Below, piece by piece: positions 57,790 to 64,000 of a stretch of 64,000 bases of DNA. Source of the stretch: Chloroflexota bacterium (GTDB lineage Bacteria; Chloroflexota; Anaerolineae; Anaerolineales; Villigracilaceae); NCBI GenBank assembly GCA_013388795.1, contig JACAEP010000072.1:1556-65555 (forward strand). Reading direction: 5' to 3'. The translations under genes and the position numbers were made by a program. Below the pieces are notes generated by a model. That model worked only from the letters and a program-made list of their open reading frames with translations. It had not been told where the DNA came from and ran no database searches. Numbering within the stretch: the first letter of the stretch is position 1; each line of letters begins with the position of its first letter.

Positions 57790-58353
57790 ATGCCCACCTT
57801 TCAAACTTCGCAGGTCGTGCTCATCCCTGATGATGCAAAGGAACGCGCCCGTGCTTTCGCCGTCAAAGTTACAGATACGGTAAATTACAGGGACAGCAAC
57901 CAGACCGCCATTAAAAAAATTCGCGACGATCATTTCGTATCAAAGCTTGGCGAAGAGGCGGTGCGGATTCTCTTTGAGGGAAGGAACTGCCGGGTCGAAG
58001 GACCAGACTACGGCGTGTATGAGGCGAAGCGTAAATCCTGGGCGGCAGATATTAAAATCAACGGGCTGGAGGTGGCGGTTAAGACTCAACGTCGCTCTGC
58101 CGCGAATCGGTATGGTCTCTCGTGGACATTTCAAGATTCCCCTGAACGGCGCGACCCTATTTTGGATATGCCGGATGCGTGGGTTTGCCTAGTGGTGTTT
58201 GAAGATTTGAAACCAGAAACAGAATGTTTGATATATCCGCTGCGAAAGATCAAGCAACTTATTTTTGAAGCGCCGCGGCTGACAAAACTTGTGGGGAAAA
58301 AGCAAGCAGTTTACTTGGAAAGACTGATCACAAACGGCATCTTCGAAAAATAA
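57790..58353 (+). CDS. Hypothetical protein, possible PD-(D/E)XK fold
   Basis: 187-aa ORF; KLGEEAV...ADIK...VAVKTQ. Confidence 0.6.
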   Translation: MPTFQTSQVVLIPDDAKERARAFAVKVTDTVNYRDSNQTAIKKIRDDHFVSKLGEEAVRILFEGRNCRVEGPDYGVYEAKRKSWAADIKINGLEVAVKTQRRSAANRYGLSWTFQDSPERRDPILDMPDAWVCLVVFEDLKPETECLIYPLRKIKQLIFEAPRLTKLVGKKQAVYLERLITNGIFEK

Positions 58354-58354
58354 A

Positions 58355-58381
58355 ACAGTCCCACGAAATTCGCGGGACTGT
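58355..58381. terminator. Hairpin between convergent genes
   Basis: ACAGTCCC/GGGACTGT. Confidence 0.55.
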
Positions 58382-58435
58382 AATACTCCTTTGCGTACGA
58401 TTCCGTACATTCAAAATCGACAATCGTAAATTGAC

Positions 58436-59767
<1,332 letters not shown>

Positions 59768-59791
59768 TTAATACTCCTTTATTTATGTAGG

Positions 59792-59876
59792 TAAATTATC
59801 GAATGTTTCTTTACAGATATTGACCACCGACGGCGGACTGCGGTAGGCGTGTGGTGTTAAATTTCTTTTGGCGTTC
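59792..59876. repeat. Unclassified dispersed element, copy B
   Basis: Aligns with 23250-23321; lies just upstream of the ahcY RBS. Confidence 0.8.
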
Positions 59877-59931
59877 CGCCTGACGCGATATGTATATCGT
59901 TTTTCCTGCGGAATAAATTCCGCGTTACGTT

Positions 59932-60894
59932 TTACTTTAACAATACATCCAGTTTTCCGCCATCGTCAAAATGCTTGCGGAAACGGGTCACAAATTCTGG
60001 GCGGGTGTAGGAATGATTCTGTGTGCCGCGCTGCTCAAGGCAGTATACTGCAGAAAGCGAGCCGATCTCACCGCACAACTTCCAATCGAAGCCGTGCGAA
60101 TAACCCGCCAAAAAGCCGCCGCGAAAGGCATCGCCCACACCAGTGGGGTCAACCACTTCATCTTCCGGCACAGTTGGAATGTGAACCGATGAACCATCAG
60201 AATATAAGTCTGCGCCGTCTTTGCCGCGGGTGATGACCAAAACCTTGACATGCTCAAGAACCTGGTCGAGGCTCCAGCCCGTCTTCTTCGAGATCAAACC
60301 AAACTCGTAATCGTTGCAGAACAGGAAATATGCGCCTTCCATATCACGCGCCAATTCTCTCCCTTCGAGGCGCAGGACTTGCTGACTGGGATCGTACAAG
60401 TACGGAATGCCCAGCTCGCGGCATTCGGCGGGAAACTTCATCATCGCATCGGGCGAACTGGGCGAGACGATGACCAGGTCCGGTTTTTTGTCCAACTCTT
60501 TGAGCGACTGACTGGCGGAGTGCGCCATCGCGCCGGGGTAGAAGGAAGCGATCTGGGCGGAGGCATGATCCGTTGTCGCGAAGAACGAAGCGGTGAACAC
60601 ACCCGGAACGACCTTCATCAGCGACGTATCCACACCTTTGGATTCCAACCACTCGCGGTAATCGCCAAAATCCTCGCCAACCGTTGCCATGACGCGCGGC
60701 TTGCGCCCCAACAGCGCCATGGTATAAGCGATGTTCGGCGCAATGCCGCCGCGTTGTTTGGACATGCCATCCACCAAAAACGACAGGCTAATGGACTCCA
60801 AACGTTCAGGCAGAATCTGTTCTTTGAAATGACCGGGGAAGGTCATCAGGTAATCGTAGGCTACAGAGCCGGTAAGTAAAATATCCATGTTCAA
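59932..60894 (-). CDS. PfkB-family kinase, adenosine-kinase-like
   Basis: GSVAYDYLMTFPG, SLSFLV, GGIAPN, DPSQQ, DPTGVGDAFRGG; start TTG 60894 or ATG 60888. Confidence 0.88.
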   Translation of the reverse strand: MNMDILLTGSVAYDYLMTFPGHFKEQILPERLESISLSFLVDGMSKQRGGIAPNIAYTMALLGRKPRVMATVGEDFGDYREWLESKGVDTSLMKVVPGVFTASFFATTDHASAQIASFYPGAMAHSASQSLKELDKKPDLVIVSPSSPDAMMKFPAECRELGIPYLYDPSQQVLRLEGRELARDMEGAYFLFCNDYEFGLISKKTGWSLDQVLEHVKVLVITRGKDGADLYSDGSSVHIPTVPEDEVVDPTGVGDAFRGGFLAGYSHGFDWKLCGEIGSLSAVYCLEQRGTQNHSYTRPEFVTRFRKHFDDGGKLDVLLK

Positions 60895-60946
60895 CTCGCA
60901 GAAAAAGGCGCACTCTTGCGAGTGCGCTTGGGATGGTTACTGCGCG

Positions 60947-60975
60947 AGTTTATCATGAGGAGCGCGGGTTGTAAA
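60947..60975 (-). promoter_or_regulatory. Candidate sigma70 promoter for kinase-ahcY
   Basis: Minus strand TTTACA-17 nt-TAAACT. Confidence 0.5.
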
Positions 60976-61015
60976 GTTTTCCGGTTTGCAATTTTTACAA
61001 CCTGCGCCATTTCAT

Positions 61016-62167
61016 TTACTGCTTGATCTCTGCCCATAATTCATCATACAACAGCAGGGCTTCGCCGAGGTCCATCACTTCATGCCCCCTGGCGAACTCT
61101 TCGGCGGGCGTATTGGTGATGGGAGAATTGATGTACACCTCATACACTTTGGGTTGATTTTCCCTGGCATATTCCAAGGCGGCTTTATTCGGGTTGGTGT
61201 AGGGATAATCCACCAGCGTCAGCCAGTTGGTATCGCCCTGCAAAAGGTAGTTAAACCAGGCATAGGCGGCGTCTGGATGCGGCGCAGTTACAGGAATCGC
61301 CATGCCGTCGTAGAAGATGATCGAGCCCTCTTCAGGAAAGACATATTCAAAGCGCGGGTCTTCGGTCTGCGCCAGAAAGGCTTCGCCATTCCAGACAATT
61401 CCCAAATCCACATCGCCCGCCACGAGCGGGGTCTTTGGGCTGTCGCTGTCGAACACGCGGATGTTCGGCATCAGTTCGAGCAGTTTTTGCTTGGCTGCCT
61501 CCAAATGATCGGGGTCGGTATCGTTGACATCGTATCCCAGCGTCAACAAAGCCGCGCCAATGATCACGCGATTATCATCCACTGCCACAATGCGCCCTTG
61601 GTATTCGGGGTTCCATAGATCCGCCCAGGAAGCCGGCGGAGGTTCCACTGTTTCGGTATTGTAAATAATCGCCTGCGTTCCCATTTGATACGGCACAATG
61701 TAATTGAGAGATTCGCCATACGCCGCGATCAAATCCGCGTCCAAGTTCGACAGGTTTGCAATTCGCGATGGGTCGAGCTCCTGCAGCAACCCTTCGCGGA
61801 TCAAAACGCCAACCATATAATCGCTCGGGTGAATGACATCATACGGGTCCACGTCTTCGCCCAATGATACCTTTGAATACAATTCTTCATTCGACGAGAA
61901 GTAGTCCACGTTCACTTCCACGCCATACACCAAGCCAAAACATTCCAAAATATCTCCAGGCACATACTCCGTCCATGTAAAGATATTGATGGTATCGCTC
62001 GCAAAATCAACCCGCGGGCTTGGCTCCGGGCAGGCAAACCCATTGGAAGTCACTAACTCGTCTGTCGGCGCGGGTTCTCCTCCCGCCGCGCAGGCTGTCA
62101 GGGCAATCAACAGCACGCTCGACAAAATCAACCGAAAGGGACGATAGATTTTGTGATGTGTGTTCAT
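61016..62167 (-). CDS. PotD/PotF-like polyamine ABC substrate-binding lipoprotein
   Basis: LTAC lipobox; WTEYV, SSNEE, PSDY, SWADLW, WNGEA, PEEGS; AGGAG before ATG 62167. Confidence 0.88.
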   Translation of the reverse strand: MNTHHKIYRPFRLILSSVLLIALTACAAGGEPAPTDELVTSNGFACPEPSPRVDFASDTINIFTWTEYVPGDILECFGLVYGVEVNVDYFSSNEELYSKVSLGEDVDPYDVIHPSDYMVGVLIREGLLQELDPSRIANLSNLDADLIAAYGESLNYIVPYQMGTQAIIYNTETVEPPPASWADLWNPEYQGRIVAVDDNRVIIGAALLTLGYDVNDTDPDHLEAAKQKLLELMPNIRVFDSDSPKTPLVAGDVDLGIVWNGEAFLAQTEDPRFEYVFPEEGSIIFYDGMAIPVTAPHPDAAYAWFNYLLQGDTNWLTLVDYPYTNPNKAALEYARENQPKVYEVYINSPITNTPAEEFARGHEVMDLGEALLLYDELWAEIKQ

Positions 62168-62292
62168 GGTTCTCCTTAAGAAAATAAGATGACGTGCAAG
62201 CGGAATTATATTGCATGCCCGGCATGAATACAACATGTGAAAGCCAATTTGATACGCTTGACTTGCCTCCTCTTTACCAGTATAAAAACCGG

Positions 62293-64000
62293 ATGAAAAA
62301 ACAACGCCTCCTGCTTGGGCTTGGGCTTGCGCTTTCCCTTCTGGGCTGTTCCACGCTCGAAAATTTTCCAACCATCCCGCCCGGCTGGACGGTGACCCCC
62401 AGCCTGCCCCCCACCCCCCAGGCAACGCTCACGCCCACCATCACCCCCACGCCACAGCCCGTCGTCAGAGTTGTGCAAGGCGATCTTGCGCTCTTCCATG
62501 GCGATTATGACGCCGCCCTGCTGCAGTATCAAGTTGCATTGCAAGACTCACCCGACCCGCTCGTGCGCGCCTCTGCAACATGGGGGGAAGCGCGCATCTA
62601 CTATGCGCAGGGCAGGTACAACGAAACACTGACTGCCCTGCAAACGTTGATGACGGAGTATCCGCAGGCGCCGCAGTCGGCACAGGCATATTTCCTGCAA
62701 GGGTTTGTGTATTATCGGCTTGAGAATTATTCCGCCGCCGCGGATTCCTGGCAGACCTATCTCACCTTGCGCCCCGGCGCGCTGGATGCCTACGTCTACG
62801 AACTGCGCGGAGATGCGCTGTATAACGCGCTCAATTACACCGAAGCCATCAATGCGTATAAAGCCGCCATTCAAGCGCCCTCCCTCAGCGACGACACCAT
62901 GCTTGACTTGAAAGTTGCCGGAACGCACAAACAACTCGGCGAATACGAAACCGCCATTGCGCTTTACGACGGCATCATCGGGCGCGCATCGAGCGATTAC
63001 ATCAAGGCGCAGGCGTTGTACGAGGCTGGGCTGGCAAATCAGGCGCAAGGTCAGAATGCCGAGGCGCTTGAACGGTATCGCTTTGCGGTGGAAAATTATC
63101 CCCTTTCTTATTACTCCTATCTCAGCCTTGTTGCCCTGCTGGATGCAGGCGGCACGGCGAGCGACTTTGACCGCGGACTGGTGGATTATTTCGCAGGTCA
63201 ATATGATGTCGGCATTGCCGCCTTTGACCGCTACCTGCAAAGCAACCCGCCGGAGAATGATGGCAGCGCGTATTACTATCGCGCCCTTTCAAAAAGCAGT
63301 CTGGCGCAATACGATGCCGCCCTGGCAGACTACGACAGTTTCATCGCCAATTTTTCGGCGCACCCCAAGTGGAGCGATGCCTGGGGTGAAAAAGCGTTCA
63401 TTCAATGGGCGCAAAAAGGGGATTACACCGGCGGCGCACAGACGTTATTAGAATTCGTCAGCCTCGCGCCGACGGCTTCGCAAGCCGCCGATTATTTGAT
63501 GAGCGCGGCCCGCATCTATGAACGCGATGGTCAATACGACAACGCCATCGAGACCTGGTCGCGCGTCACATTGGAATATCCCGGCTCGCAGCAGGCTTCG
63601 TACGCGGCATTTCTGATAGGCATAGTGGAGTATCGCCGTGGAAATTACCAACCCGCATTAGACACCTTCAAACGCAGCCTGGCGCTTTCCATCACCGAAG
63701 AAGAACGCACCCGCGCCCTGCTGTGGATCGGAAAATCTTACAAGATTTTGGGAGACGAAAATGCCGCCCTGGATGCCTGGCGCGAAGGACAGAACCTCGA
63801 CCCGGGCGGCTACTACAGCGAACGCGCGCACGATCTGCTCAATGAGCGCCTGCCTTTTGAAGGCGGCTCTTCCTTAACCCTAAGCGTGGACTACACCCGC
63901 GAACGCGCGGACGCCGACGCCTGGATGCGCCTGACCTTCAACCTCGGCAGCGACATGGATCTGAACGGGTTGGGCGCGCTCGAAGCCGATCCGCGCATCA
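62293..64000 (+). CDS. TPR-repeat lipoprotein, truncated by the window end (possibly Slt-type lytic transglycosylase)
   Basis: Absent from the ORF track (no stop in window); MKKQRLLLGLGLALSLLGC lipobox, PT linker, repeated TPR-like helices; frame still open at the window end; catalytic domain not visible. Confidence 0.8.
   Translation, partial: MKKQRLLLGLGLALSLLGCSTLENFPTIPPGWTVTPSLPPTPQATLTPTITPTPQPVVRVVQGDLALFHGDYDAALLQYQVALQDSPDPLVRASATWGEARIYYAQGRYNETLTALQTLMTEYPQAPQSAQAYFLQGFVYYRLENYSAAADSWQTYLTLRPGALDAYVYELRGDALYNALNYTEAINAYKAAIQAPSLSDDTMLDLKVAGTHKQLGEYETAIALYDGIIGRASSDYIKAQALYEAGLANQAQGQNAEALERYRFAVENYPLSYYSYLSLVALLDAGGTASDFDRGLVDYFAGQYDVGIAAFDRYLQSNPPENDGSAYYYRALSKSSLAQYDAALADYDSFIANFSAHPKWSDAWGEKAFIQWAQKGDYTGGAQTLLEFVSLAPTASQAADYLMSAARIYERDGQYDNAIETWSRVTLEYPGSQQASYAAFLIGIVEYRRGNYQPALDTFKRSLALSITEEERTRALLWIGKSYKILGDENAALDAWREGQNLDPGGYYSERAHDLLNERLPFEGGSSLTLSVDYTRERADADAWMRLTFNLGSDMDLNGLGALEADPRI

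Noticed and set aside
59768-59931. SAH riboswitch upstream of ahcY
   Set aside because: The SAH consensus (GAGGAGCG...AGGCUC) is not visible on the coding strand; the region holds the dispersed element instead.
62168-62425. 86-aa N-terminal extension (QAQAQA) of the PotD-like ORF
   Set aside because: It is the antisense reading of the TPR gene's signal peptide; RBS and lipobox support ATG 62167.

Overview
Gene-dense bacterial chromosomal window. The many Pro/Thr-linker lipoproteins, SH3/NBR1-Ig/LysM surface proteins and overall gene set point to an Anaerolineales-type Chloroflexota genome (inference, not searched). It holds about 55 CDS for central and amino-acid metabolism (korAB-type 2-oxoacid:ferredoxin oxidoreductase, pyk, argF, rocD, Ald-like enzyme, CoA-transferase, MetV-MetF fusion, ahcY, adenosine-kinase-like PfkB, K+-independent hppA), RNA modification (rluE, two TrmH, rsmA, arfB), envelope functions (FHA-FHA-RodA/PBP operon, G5/3D protein, LCP, two acyltransferase-3 proteins) and two toxin-antitoxin pairs. 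I saw no rRNA, tRNA, CRISPR array, integrase or transposase. The strongest leads are: a SEDS glycosyltransferase fused to a transpeptidase domain lacking SxxK/KTG; a His-less pseudo-histidine kinase coupled to an ABC exporter; a VapBC module bracketed by a 38-bp duplication of the neighbouring gene end; an unexplained ~80-nt element present twice 36 kb apart; an Ald homologue with an altered active site among ornithine genes; hemG-PucC facing a DUF4491-like pair; histone-like Lys/Ala tails on two enzymes; and at least 10 genes that look leaderless. Family names come from motif recognition, not database searches.
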